The notes below the pieces were generated by a model. It was not told the DNA's origin and made no database searches. It saw only the letters and a list, made by a program, of their open reading frames with translations. A DNA stretch of 63,463 nt, the filler included, from Octopus bimaculoides (Eukaryota): assembly GCF_001194135.2 (NCBI RefSeq). It is 4 parts of 3 records of this genome, joined end to end, with 100 filler letters (N's around TTAATTAATTAA, not from the genome) between each part and the next. Parts side by side here need not be neighbours in the genome. Positions count along the whole stretch, not along the records: positions 30,176 to 58,818 come from NC_068988.1; positions 58,919 to 61,807 come from NC_068984.1; 2 more parts are not named here. One strand, 5' to 3'. The translations under genes were made by a program, and so were the position numbers. Below are positions 49,538 to 61,462 of the stretch, piece by piece (position 1 is the first letter of the stretch; the number at the start of each line of letters is the position of its first letter).

Positions 49538-50345
49538 TTAACATTTTACCATTTTTGTCGGATCTTTTTTAAAACGGGGGCCACATTTTTCATTAACGAA
49601 ACACTTTGAAACTTGGAACACTGGTAGAATGTGTCATATAAAACATCTTTTTCTCTTAGTCTTCTTAAAAAAAAAAGAAATCCATAAATTATTCCATGTT
49701 AAAGTTGTATTTCTGTAATTTCAACCAATCACTGACGTCCATTCAGCCGATATACATTAAGTGCCGATTCTGAAACAATTAACCCTAACACTAACTCTAA
49801 CCCTAACCCTAACCATACGGTTAGGGTTAGGGTTAGGGTTAGGGTTAAAGCAAATTTAAAATGAAAAAAGCAAATAAAACGAAGGTATGGAGATTAAATA
49901 CGCTTTACATCGCTTAATCAGCCAAAGGAGTAAATGTAAACAACTGAATACTTGTCAGTGATTGGTTGAAATTATTGAAATAAGACAATTTTTTACATGA
50001 AATAAATTCGAATACAAAAATATTTTTCTGTTCTATAACACAAAATAGATAAGTATACGAAGTTTGAAAGTCTTTCCGTACCAAAAACACTACGTAAAAC
50101 ATTAATGAAAAATGTGGCTCCCGTTTTAAAATAGATCCTTTTTGTCTAATGTAATACTTGTTAGTCTACATTGTTTTGAATTAATTATGAGTTACCTCGT
50201 AACTTCGAGTTCGATAATGTGATTGTTTAAATTTTTAGAATGACATTGTAGGGTAGGCGTGACAGATCAGATCTAGCTGGAGTGAACATAAAACAGATAA
50301 AATACTTGGGTCCGGATATGGACGGTTTAAATGCCAAAGGGTTAA
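49538..50345. mobile_element. piggyBac-like MITE (TTAA ends) interrupted by the GGATC MITE
   Basis: TTAA at 49538-49541 and 50342-50345; the right end matches 16560-16622. Removing 49560-50146 restores a continuous unit of about 210 bp. Confidence 0.55.
49560..50138 (-). mobile_element. Complete GGATC-terminal MITE (579 bp), 8-bp TSD, inverted relative to the 45374 copy
   Basis: TSD TTTTTGTC at 49552-49559 and 50139-50146; same TIRs; internal (CCCTAA)n..(TTAGGG)4. Confidence 0.95.
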
Positions 50346-51335
50346 ATTTACTAAAAGACCACCGCCTCCTACCTGATACCAGAGTGTCCCCAAACTAAAA
50401 GAGCATTAAACTGAATAATTACAGTATTTAGTGCTTCCTCATTTATTTTCTAGGCAGATAATATCCCTGGGTTATTACATAGAGCTTTTTGTCATGCCGT
50501 TGTACCAGCTTCTCTCTCTCTCTCTCTCTCTCGCTCTCACACACATACACACACAGACTCACTGAGTAGCGTAGCGTTTTTCCGATTGGATTATGAAAAA
50601 GAATTTTTTTTAGAAAGTGAAATTTCCCTTTTTCTATCATAGCCGGCATTGGTAACAACAACAACACAGATAGTACTACCAACACCACATTACTAGCATC
50701 AGCAATACTCTCAAATCTGTGAGCCGTCTAGGCCGACGTAAGTTTTCTTCTCACTTCAATTAAGTCTTCACAGTTAAATCAAGATCTAGGTTTGTTCTAT
50801 GACAATGTTCCAGAAAATCTTTCTCACGGTAACATGAAGCAGTTATAAAATTACTGAGATGAAGTTTAACGAAACTACAACTTCTTCACAGCTAAACAGT
50901 TACGACAACCAGACAGTGTTCGTTGCCCGAAAAACGACTTCCATAGATAGCATTTTTGTTATTCCAACTGCTCTGATGTTAGTCGACTTTCTGAAAACAT
51001 TCAACAGCAGCCAAAAGCGATAAAAATGTAAACGAATCGCTTTCATTACCATCAACACTCAACTCTCATATTATGAAGAGACTCAGCCAACAGAAGTTGT
51101 AGAATACATACCGCTTAAAAACAATTTAAAACCGCAGTTCGAAAATAATTTTTGTATTTTTTTTCTTTTAGCTATCATTAAATAACAGGGCAAGTTTTTA
51201 CGAGAATAATGGGAAAATCTTTACTTTCACGCTAAGAAGTTATTGATATTATGACTGGATACCATATGAAAATATGTGATAATATATATTGGACTAACAA
51301 TACTTGCTTGAAGTTTACAGTATACCAATTTCATC

Positions 51336-51717
51336 GTGGAGGCGCAATGGCTCAGTGGTTAGGGCAGCGGACTCGCGGTCATAGGATCGCGGTTTCGATT
51401 CCCAGACCGGGCGTTGTGAGTGTTTATTGAGCGAAAACACTTAAAGCTCCACGATGCTCCGGCAGGGGATGGTGGCGAACCCTGCTCTACTCTTTCGTCC
51501 CAACTTTCTCTCACTCTTACTTCCTGTTTCTGTTGTGCCTGTAATTCAAAGAGTCAGCCTTGTCACACTGTATCATGCTGAATATCCCCGAGAACTACGT
51601 TAAGGGTACACGTGTCTGTGGAGTGCTCAGCCACTTACATGTTAATCTCACGAGCAGGCTGTTCCGTTGATCGCATCAACCGGAACCCTCGTCGTCGTAA
51701 GCGACGGAGTCCCAACA
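51336..51717 (+). mobile_element. Full-length tRNA(Arg-like)-derived SINE with 12-bp TSD
   Basis: A box TGGCTCAGTGG, GACTCG loop, B box GGTTTCGATTCC, (CAA)n tail; TSD ACCAATTTCATC at 51324-51335 and 51718-51729. Confidence 0.9.
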
Positions 51718-52155
51718 ACCAATTTCATCTTACGAAAAAACAAAAAACAAAATAGACTCAAATATACAGAGATTCTTCAATGCTAACACACGAGATAGAA
51801 TTTATAAGTTCAAACTACGAACTTAAAATGTTTGATTGAAAAATTTCGTTATAGAAGCCAGCTTTAACCACAAATTATATAAGCCAACAATTAACCACGA
51901 ATTAGCTTGTAATCATGCCTTCGTAAAAAGATTTTAAGAACATATGATCTAAGGTCTGGAATGAAAAGGAGGCTTCCAATCTAGATGCATGATGCATAGA
52001 AACAATCAAGGAAGAATATTGTACAAGCAGTAACTTATATAAATCAGTTTCAAAACTTAAAGCTCTGCAGCAATTAACCCTTCTCCACAACTCTGTCCGA
52101 AACGTTTTTTCTACTCCTCGTGCCAAACTAATAGTACACTTTTGATCGGTTTTAC

Positions 52156-52210
<55 letters not shown>

Positions 52211-52933
52211 TGGAGTGTGTGTATAAAGCTTTTTCTAAGTTCTGGATGTAGCATATATCGTTGTTGTCATTCAAATTCTAGCGATGGAGTTTTGTTTCTT
52301 TGATAGAAATTTGCTCCCTTCATTCGGAGAAGAATTCCAATAATTAAAAAAAAGAAAAAGAAGGAAAGATAATATGCAGAAGAGGCAGATATTTATAAAC
52401 GGATACAAACGAACATACAAACAAGGATACATCTGTATAAATACAGGCGCTNNNNNNNNNNNNNNNNNNNNNNNNNNNNNNNNNNNNNNNNNNNNNNNNN
52501 NNNNNNNNNNNNNNNNNNNNNNNNNNNNNNNNNNNNNNNNNNNNNNNNNNNNNNNNNNNNNNNNNNNNNNNNNNNNNNNNNNNNNNNNNNNNNNNNNNNN
52601 NNNNNNNNNNNNNNNNNNNNNNNNNNNNNNNNNNNNNNNNNNNNNNNNNNNNNNNNNNNNNNNNNNNNNNNNNNNNNNNNNNNNNNNNNNNNNNNNNNNN
52701 NNNNNNNNNNNNNNNNNNNNNNNNNNNNNNNNNNNNNNNNNNNNNNNNNNNNNNNNNNNNNNNNNNNNNNNNNNNNNNNNNNNNNNNNNNNNNNNNNNNN
52801 NNNNNNNNNNNNNNNNNNNNNNNNNNNNNNNNNNNNNNNNNNNNNNNNNNNNNNNNNNNNNNNNNNNNNNNNNNNNNNNNNNNNNNNNNNNNNNNNNNNN
52901 NNNNNNNNNNNNNNNNNNNNNNNNNNNNNNNNN

Positions 52934-53355
52934 CAGCAATTTCGGGGAATGTGGTAAGTCGATTACATCGACCCCAGTGCTCAATTGGTACTTATTTTAT
53001 CGATCCCGAAAGGATGAAAGGCAAAGCCGACCCATATGGAATTTGAACTCAGAACGTAAAGACGAGCGAAATACCATAAATGATTTTGCTCGGCAAACTA
53101 ACGACTCTGCCAGCTCGCTGCCTTGGTGTGGGCTGAAATATTGGTTTCAAATTTTGGCACAACGCCAGCAATGTCTGGGGGAGGAATGGGTTGATTAGAT
53201 CGAACCCCAGTGCACGACTGGTAACTATTTTATCGACCCCGAAAAGATGAAAGGCAAAGTCGACCTCGGCGAAATTTGAACACAGGACATAAAGACGGAC
53301 GAACTGCCGTTAAGCATTTCCCCCCAGCATGTTAACAATTCTTCCAGCTCACTGC
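52934..53355 (-). mobile_element. Two tandem ATT-SINE copies, CpG-intact
   Basis: Both contain TATCGACCCCGAAA.GATGAAAGGCAAAG(T/C)CGACC. Confidence 0.8.
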
Positions 53356-53674
53356 TTTACGGATAGTTTGTACATTGACTAAGCGGTATGGATCTGACGA
53401 ATCACGAGATACTAAAACACTAGATCTTTGAGTTATTGTTAGTAATACGACTGACTTACGTATATACCAGAGACAGATCATAATGAAGCTAGTGGCAATA
53501 TACAATAGCAAATACAATAACAACAGACAAAAATATAGTAGACATAAAGAGAATGTAATATACTGCATCCCATACAATAAATTACCATATATTTGGGATG
53601 TGTAGTATATGGTCTTTAAAAAGATGGAAGCACTAAATCTGTGAACCATAGTTAGTTATGCAATTGACTAGCTG

Positions 53675-54000
53675 TATACTGGCATTCCGTCGGTTACGAC
53701 AACGAGTGTTCCAGTTGATCCGATCAACAAAACAGCCTGCTCCTGAAATTAACGTCCAAGTGGCTGAGTGTTCAACAAACATGCACACACATAACGTAGT
53801 TCTCCGGGAGATTCAACATGACACGGAATGTGACAGGGCTAGCCCTTTGAATTACAGGTGCAGCTTATTTTGGCCAGCTGAATGGACTGAAGCAATGTGA
53901 AATAAAGCGTCTTGTTTAAGGACACAATTCACCGCCGGGAATCGAACTCACGACGTTACTGTCGTGACTCAAATGCTCTTACCATTAAGCTACGCGCCTA
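53675..54000 (-). mobile_element. tRNA head + CORE-like SINE sharing its 3' half with the 51336 SINE
   Basis: Minus strand AGGCGCGTAGCTTAATGG..GAGTTCGATTCC..TGTGTCCTTAAACAAGACGCTTTATTTCAC, then GTAATTCAAAGG..GAGAACTACGTT..GAGCAGGCTG..CGTAACCGACGGAATGCC. Confidence 0.75.
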
Positions 54001-54209
54001 TGCTACTGACCGCCTAGAGTGATAATAATCTCATGGATTATGATGGATCTCAAGCATTTTTTTCACTTACAGACCCCTGCGATTACTGTTTTACTCTGGT
54101 GGACCTTCACAACCAATCGATGTTTAAAATCTAATTTTATGGATATTTCTATCAAAAATTCCTATTTTTATCAATTCGTTTTGCAAGATCCCTAATGTGA
54201 AATCGTGTG

Positions 54210-54585
54210 TTGAAACAAACATTGTTGTATTTCGAGACGGTTTTTTTCTTCCAAATAAACACACGCACTGTATATTTTTTCTTCACTCGTTTATTACTGT
54301 TTCTATTTTATTATTTCAACTCATGTCCATTGTCCGGAAATCTTTCGTTGCACATCCGTGACCTCTTCAGCGACACTTTTCGTTTTCGTGTGTGTTCTTA
54401 CTCCACTTACTCCATTCTCCAGAGAATGAAGAGGTCACAGAGGTGTGACGAAAGATTTCCGAACAATGGACGTGAGTTGAAATAATAAAATAAGAATAGT
54501 AATAAACGAGTGAAGAAAAAATATATAGTGCGTATGTTTACCCCCCCCCCCCAAAGACCATCCTGAAATACAACAATATTTCAAT
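54210..54585. mobile_element. Palindromic foldback MITE (arms about 160 bp, spacer about 57 bp)
   Basis: TTTTTTCTTCACTCGTTTATTACT..GGAAATCTTTCGT..GTGACCTCTTCA versus TGAAGAGGTCAC..ACGAAAGATTTCC..AGTAATAAACGAGTGAAGAAAAAA. Confidence 0.8.
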
Positions 54586-54970
54586 TTTTGTTTTTCACGT
54601 ATTCACTTGTGTCGGTTTGCAATAGCATTCTCCAAGAGAACATATTTCAGGGGGCGGAAACATGTTGGACGATGTTAAGGCGTTAGAGAAAGAAACATGG
54701 TTGTTTCTTGCAATAATATAACCAAAGCAAAGTTTTTTCATGGACCCCTAAAATACTGTTGTGGACCTCTAATTTACTATCTTGCTTGTGTGGTCCCTAT
54801 AACACCTTACATGAATCCCCGTTGAAAATTAGTTATCTAGACGCTACATACAACAACGTACATAAACACGCTGGACAATAGAATGCTACGTATTCAGTCA
54901 TCAAACCTGTATCCCATACGATCGATAAACCACTGAGTGTTAGAGTGTGCTGAATGGTCTTTAATTAGTT

Positions 54971-55277
54971 TAGTGGTTCTCAACCAGGGTCCATATAAGA
55001 CTTTTGAGGGTCCACGCAAGCAATATAGCAAAATGGAAACCCACAGATGCATATTACGGATCTATGAAGAACAATTTGCTTTAGATGCATTTATTGCAAT
55101 TTAAAAGCTAGCTTTCTTTCTCAAACGTTTTACATAGTTGAAACTACACAAGTGAATGTGTGAAGAACAAAATAGGGATGCTGAAAGGCGTATCTATAAA
55201 ACTAGTTTTTAAACATCAGATGGCAATGGGGCTCCACCAGAATAAAATAGTAATCAAAGGAGGCCATAGAACCCCTG
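54971..55277. mobile_element. hAT-like MITE
   Basis: TAGTGGTTCTCAACCAGGGTCCAT ... GAACCCCTG termini. Confidence 0.5.
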
Positions 55278-55638
55278 ATCTAGATGGAGGTCCTGAAACA
55301 ATAAATGTATGAGTCGCAGTTAATTACTCATAGAGTGAACTGTCTGTGCGAGACAGAACTTTTGGATCATGATGGGAGTAGGACAGCGATTGTAAACCTA
55401 TTCAGGTGACATACGACGGGCTTAAAACAAATAAAAGCAAAACAATTTCCCTACAATATCATATTACAAAAAAAACTTATCTATAAGCATTTACCTATAT
55501 ATACCTGAAAGATTGCTTTTAAAATACATGGTGTATCTTATAAATATGCCTGTTCAAGTATTATAATAGCATGAAACTATCAGTATCTCTTTCGGTTGTG
55601 TATTTAATTTGATCTATCTATCTATCTCTGTCTGTCTG

Positions 55639-55680
<42 letters not shown>

Positions 55681-56144
55681 NNNNNNNNNNNNNNNNNNNN
55701 NNNNNNNNNNNNNNNNNNNNNNNNNNNNNNNNNNNNNNNNNNNNNNNNNNNNNNNNNNNNNNNNNNNNNNNNNNNNNNNNNNNNNNNNNNNNNNNNNNNN
55801 NNNNNNNNNNNNNNNNNNNNNNNNNNNNNNNNNNNNNNNNNNNNNNNNNNNNNNNNNNNNNNNNNNNNNNNNNNNNNNNNNNNNNNNNNNNNNNNNNNNN
55901 NNNNNNNNNNNNNNNNNNNNNNNNNNNNNNNNNNNNNNNNNNNNNNNNNNNNNNNNNNNNNNNNNNNNNNNNNNNNNNNNNNNNNNNNNNNNNNNNNNNN
56001 NNNNNNNNNNNNNNNNNNNNNNNNNNNNNNNNNNNNNNNNNNNNNNNNNNNNNNNNNNNNNNNNNNNNNNNNNNNNNNNNNNNNNNNNNNNNNNNNNNNN
56101 NNNNNNNNNNNNNNNNNNNNNNNNNNNNNNNNNNNNNNNNNNNN

Positions 56145-56209
56145 GGTCGACCAAAGCCTTGTGAGTGGATTTGGTAGATGGAAACTGAAAGAAGCCCGTC
56201 GTATATATG

Positions 56210-56244
<35 letters not shown>

Positions 56245-56456
56245 TTGTGTGTCTGTGTTTGTCCCCCCAACATTGCTTGACAACCGATGCTGGTGTGTTT
56301 ATGTCCCCGTAACATAGCGGTTCGGCAAAAAGAGACCGATAGAATAAGTACTAGGCTTACAAAGAATAAGTCCTGGGGTCGATTTGCTCGACTAAAGGCG
56401 GTGCTCCAGCATGGCCACAGTCAAAAGACTGAAACAAGTAAAAGAGTAAAAGAGTA
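56145..56456 (+). mobile_element. tRNA/CORE-like SINE with internal (TA)n(TG)n, young
   Basis: Near-identical to 61908-62197; tail GACTGAAACAAGTAAAAGAGTAAAAGAG. Confidence 0.85.
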
Positions 56457-58085
56457 TGTACACGCACACACAACACACACGTAAACGAACAGAGAAAGTG
56501 CGCGAGTGTTATGTTGGACGTACGAAGTAGAAGCTTGCGGTTGAAACTGAATAATAGATTTTGTAACTGTTACAAACACTCTACAATGTACATTCTATCC
56601 TCCTACAATTTTAAAGTTAAAGTGCGTATTGTATTGCGGTTATATAAATTGTGTTTTATCATCTCTAGTCTTTCCGCCCATCTGTCGGTCGGTATCCCCT
56701 CTCCCCGCTCTTTCTCTGTCTGTATAGGCAGAAGACGTCAAAAACAGTTTGTTGTCTCCCTTGATACTTGATGTAGAGAGATCTCGCCTCATCTTAATTC
56801 CTTTTACTAAATTTCTGGGGTTAAAAATAACAGCTAAAAAAATACTTTATAAGCGATTATTTGGTAAAAGTTAATAACAGGAATTTTTCTACCATTTTTT
56901 TCAGAAGCATGAACAAAACCCCTATGTATCTTAAGAAATTCAATAACCAAATTTTAAGTTGTAGCAGTAGAACTAAGAGCTAAAGCTACGGATTACCCAG
57001 CTGTTTTAATTTAATTACAAACCTACTTTGTTTTAATTTAATTTAATTAATTATAAAGTTATTTACAAACATCTAATTTAATGACACACTAAAGTAGTGC
57101 ACTCTTTTTTTTTCTGTATACATAATTTAGATCCATTAACACAACACTGTCAGTGCATTTTTATAAGCTTAGTTGCCAAAACTTAAGATGAACCGATACA
57201 TTACAGCATGTTGCGCACTCTTCAGTCCGGTAAAAATAAAATATTTTTATCAGTTAACTGGATGAAACTAAACAATTCATTTATCTCAACAGCTTCAATA
57301 TGCTAAGCTTATGTTCTATCAGTTAATTAATTACAAATGTGAATTAAAAATACTGATTACTCAATCGCTTCAGTTGAATTTTACGCAATATTTACCTGCA
57401 ATATTTTCTTTCACGTTATATATANNNNNNNNNNNNNNNNNNNNNNNNNNNNNNNNNNNNNNNNNNNNNNNNNNNNNNNNNNNNNNNNNNNNNNNNNNNN
57501 NNNNNNNNNNNNNNNNNNNNNNNNNNNNNNNNNNNNNNNNNNNNNNNNNNNNNNNNNNNNNNNNNNNNNNNNNNNNNNNNNNNNNNNNNNNNNNNNNNNN
57601 NNNNNNNNNNNNNNNNNNNNNNNNNNNNNNNNNNNNNNNNNNNNNNNNNNNNNNNNNNNNNNNNNNNNNNNNNNNNNNNNNNNNNNNNNNNNNNNNNNNN
57701 NNNNNNNNNNNNNNNNNNNNNNNNNNNNNNNNNNNNNNNNNNNNNNNNNNNNNNNNNNNNNNNNNNNNNNNNNNNNNNNNNNNNNNNNNNNNNNNNNNNN
57801 NNNNNNNNNNNNNNNNNNNNNNNNNNNNNNNNNNNNNNNNNNNNNNNNNNNNNNNNNNNNNNNNNNNNNNNNNNNNNNNNNNNNNNNNNNNNNNNNNNNN
57901 NNNNNNNNNNNNNNNNNNNNNNNNNNNNNNNNNNNNNNNNNNNNNNNNNNNNNNNNNNNNNNNNNNNNNNNNNNNNNNNNNNNNNNNNNNNNNNNNNNNN
58001 NNNNNNNNNNNNNNNNNNNNNNNNNNNNNNNNNNNNNNNNNNNNNNNNNNNNNNNNNNNNNNNNNNNNNNNNNNNNNGTTTATTT

Positions 58086-58129
<44 letters not shown>

Positions 58130-58818
58130 TTTCTATCATTCAAATGCATAAAAAAACAGGCTCCACATAAAGTTTTGTTAGTAAAATTTAAGGGGCTACC
58201 ACATAATCACAAACAAGAAACTCTTCCCTTACAGCACATTTTCCTATCATCTTACCTTTACAAATACGCAAAAACAATTCCATTACGTGTAAAACATAGG
58301 TTTAGAAAGCAAAACTTAAGGGCTAACCTTACAAAATAGCTATACAAGTCTTTAACAGTAAAAATTCTTTACTTACCCACTTTTTTCTAAAACAACAACC
58401 ACAGTGTCGAGTCATCTTTGTGTTCAATGGTAAATTTATTGCTATTGTTAGTGTTATTATTATTATTATTACTATTACAACTATTTTGTGCGTATTCAAG
58501 TTGGTCCGGTCATTTTAATCCCAGCACTGGCATCATCACCATCGTCATCATAATCATCGTCGTCAGAGCATTCTTACCGGACAGAGGATAGTCCTGGTTT
58601 TCGAGTGTGTGGTACTGAATGACTGGCCACTAACTTCGGACGAGTTTGTACGTCGCTTTTCCTTTTTTTCTTTTTTCTTTCGTTTTAAGCCAAATATATT
58701 TACGTATATATGAATGTGTGTGTGTATGTGTGTGTGTGTTTAAGTTGTGCATCGATAGTATATGCCTGTACGTATACCGACTTCATACACGTGCGCTCGT
58801 ATGATATATATATATATA

Positions 58819-58918
58819 NNNNNNNNNNNNNNNNNNNNNNNNNNNNNNNNNNNNNNNNNNNNTTAATTAATTAANNNNNNNNNNNNNNNNNNNNNNNNNN
58901 NNNNNNNNNNNNNNNNNN
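58819..58918. other. Artificial scaffold join N44-TTAATTAATTAA-N44
   Basis: Same construct as 30076. Confidence 0.95.
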
Positions 58919-59155
58919 GGCACATAAAAGACACCATTTCGAGCGTGGCCGTTTTCGTGCGGGTGACACGTAAAAGCACCCACTACACTCTCTGAGTGGT
59001 TGGCGTTAGGAAGGGCATCCAGCTGTAGAAACTCTGCCAAATCAGACTGGAGCCTGGTGTTGCCATCCGGTTTCACCAGTCCTCAGTCAAATCGTCCAAC
59101 CCATGCTAGCATGGAAAGCGGACGTTAAACGATGATGATGATGATGATGATGATG
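58919..59155 (+). mobile_element. Young RTE 3' terminus with (GAT)n tail
   Basis: Begins at the contig edge; last 127 bp identical to 21674-21800. Confidence 0.85.
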
Positions 59156-61248
59156 AAGTACTTTGGTCTACTTTCATTTTTGATTTCTCAAGAAATGAGT
59201 ATATCATCTTTTCAGTTCATTGCTATATTTCTAATTAAATACATGCATTTCTTTATATTTAAAATATTATCAAGATTTCATACTGATTTCATAAAATGGT
59301 TTATTTATCGATATATTGAACTGGTGTTTCATCATGCACAGGAGAAAGTTCTTCCATAAACTTATTATGGAATTAATCTCAAAATTACTTTAGTTACAGT
59401 TAAGTACAAGTAAAATGTGAAATACAAAATTATGTGTATGAAATACAAAATTATGTGTATGAAATAAAAATGTAACCATGGGTGGTCTCAGTTGGGTTTG
59501 TATAAAAAGGGTAAAACTAATGTAATGTATATCAGGTGAAGCTAAATGGTTTTTTGACTGGTAAACATGTAAACTAGCACAACATATTTATAAGCAGGTT
59601 GTTTGTTAGTGGAAACCTGCAAAACTGGAAACAAGAAGGCAAAGGTCAGGCAAATTGCTTGTGGGCTAATGGCCAGCTGTAAACATTAATATGCTATAGG
59701 CCAACATGGCATGATTTTGAGTCATTTTAATCTATACAAATTACTACCAATCTAGAAATAGAAATACAAGCATCGTCCCACCCATGCTAGCAGGGAACAG
59801 GGACGTTAAATGATGATGATGATGAAACAAAATATGCTAAAGACCTATGTTCTGAAAGTAGATAAATAATCAAATTTGTCATTGCAAGATGATGAAATTC
59901 TCAAAATATGCTTTGTCGAAGAACATGATATAAATAAAACCAGTAAAAAGGGACCTCAATATGGTTGTTTGGTCTGTTATAAATATCCAAGACTCTTTCA
60001 TCTCCCTCAAGTCACATTCTCCTGTTTTAAAAAAAATGAAGAACACCTTGGATAAAAAAAAAAAATGAAGAACATCTTGGAGGGTCATGGCTGGAATGTT
60101 TCTGATTTGTAGGTCTGCTTGGTGCTAAACAACTGCAACCACATAATCTTACTAACCAATGAACTACTCCCTAGTAGTCAGGAAACATTATATATCAATA
60201 TTATATTTTAATCAATTAAACATTTTACAGTGCGTCACTTAAAAGCATCCAGTCCACACTGTAAAGTGGTTGGCATTTGGAAGGGCATCCAGCTGTAAAA
60301 ACCTTGCCAAAACAGTCACAGAAGTCTGGTGCAGGTTTCTGCCTGGCCAGCTCCTGCCAAACCATCCTTTGGGTACAAAGGCTCAATCAAAAAGCCTCAT
60401 TTGGTATGTATACAGGGTAAATCAGACTGGTAGCTTCCAACTCCAATCAGGTTGGAACTTCCCAGTCTCATTAATTCTACATATACATCTAATGTTATGA
60501 GTAGTAAATGGTGTTAGATCAGCTAGAAATAGATCTTGCATAGCTGGCTTAGCTTGCAAAGAAGAAATAGTAGAAAATGACTGAGGCAATATAGAGCCAT
60601 ACAGCATTCAGAAAGAGACGGATGGTTACAGTTTCAATACTTTTGGCCACCAGTTTTCTTGATCAGAGTTGACTTGGACCTGAATGACAACAACAACTTT
60701 TGAGCTTGCTATCAATTGAAATATAATAATAGTGTTGATAGTTTATCAACCCCACCCATCTTTCATGGCTGCAATTCCACTAAACTAGTCTGCTTAGTAT
60801 GTCACTTGACCCTAAAAATCTTAATCACTACAACCTACATAGCTGTGTTTCCTAGGAGATACTAAAAAATATCAATTATTCAAAATCCATAACTTATCAA
60901 GGTCATTCTGTACTCCTTTTTACCATATTTGATAGACAGACATACAGTATCATGATATTGGATTACATGATGAAGCACCCCATATTCTACCTTCTGACAA
61001 TTAAGAGAAGTGTGTAGTAGTTTGCAACTGTCCAAATAGCTTCTTTCCTAATGCTTGCTAGTTTGTTCTGTATATGGAAAACAAAATACCTTTCTATGAC
61101 ATTTCATGATCTCTTTCTCACATTCAGCATCCAACATCCATAATTTTCACCCATAAAGTACAATTGGAATTGTTAAGAAAATTCCAAACTATAATTTTCT
61201 TTTGTTCTTGTTATCAATGATGATGTAAATATTCTTCTTTATATTTAC

Positions 61249-61325
61249 CTTGATTCAAATAAGTAAGGGTTTCCTCGTTTCTTTTAACAGCAGGTGAGGT
61301 TGCAGCTCCAAGAACATACTGGAAA
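61249..61325 (-). CDS. TFCP2: Internal coding exon of an LSF/CP2-family (TFCP2/UBP1/gemini-like) transcription factor, start of the CP2 DNA-binding domain
   Basis: Minus strand reads ttattttttttttcag|t ttc cag tat gtt ctt gga gct gca acc tca cct gct gtt aaa aga aac gag gaa acc ctt act tat ttg aat caa g|gtaaat. 77 bp, stop-free, strong acceptor and GT donor. Peptide [25 protein letters not shown](G) matches the LSF-subfamily motif as I recall it ([26 protein letters not shown]) rather than the Grainyhead subfamily. The symbol denotes the family, not proven 1:1 orthology. Confidence 0.93.
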
Positions 61326-61462
61326 CTGAAAAAAAAAATAAATAAATAACTTTAAAACTATTTGTTTATCCACAATGTTTGTCATTTACATCATTACCAG
61401 TAAAATGAGTTTTTCCTCTTGGAATTTTCAAGAAAAATATTTTTAATATATTAAACAGTTAG

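Noticed and set aside
49781-49850. Head-to-head telomeric repeats as an ancient chromosome-fusion site
   Set aside because: Very short and embedded in a TSD-flanked MITE. On the plus strand the order is CCCTAA then TTAGGG, whereas an end-to-end fusion gives TTAGGG then CCCTAA.
50580-50745. CCAAT-like box plus a GTAAGT donor as a possible first exon
   Set aside because: No ORF, homology or acceptor partner; such motifs arise by chance in AT-rich DNA.
51340-51412. tRNA gene (also 22440-22508, 49052-49115, 53930-54000)
   Set aside because: A/B boxes are present but there is no matching acceptor stem, and each continues into SINE body sequence; these are SINE heads.
54345-54460. (C/A)TGAAGA..GAAA hammerhead-like strings in both arms of the foldback MITE
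   Set aside because: Helix II pairs well in only one arm, and no helix III/UH/helix I arrangement can be drawn.
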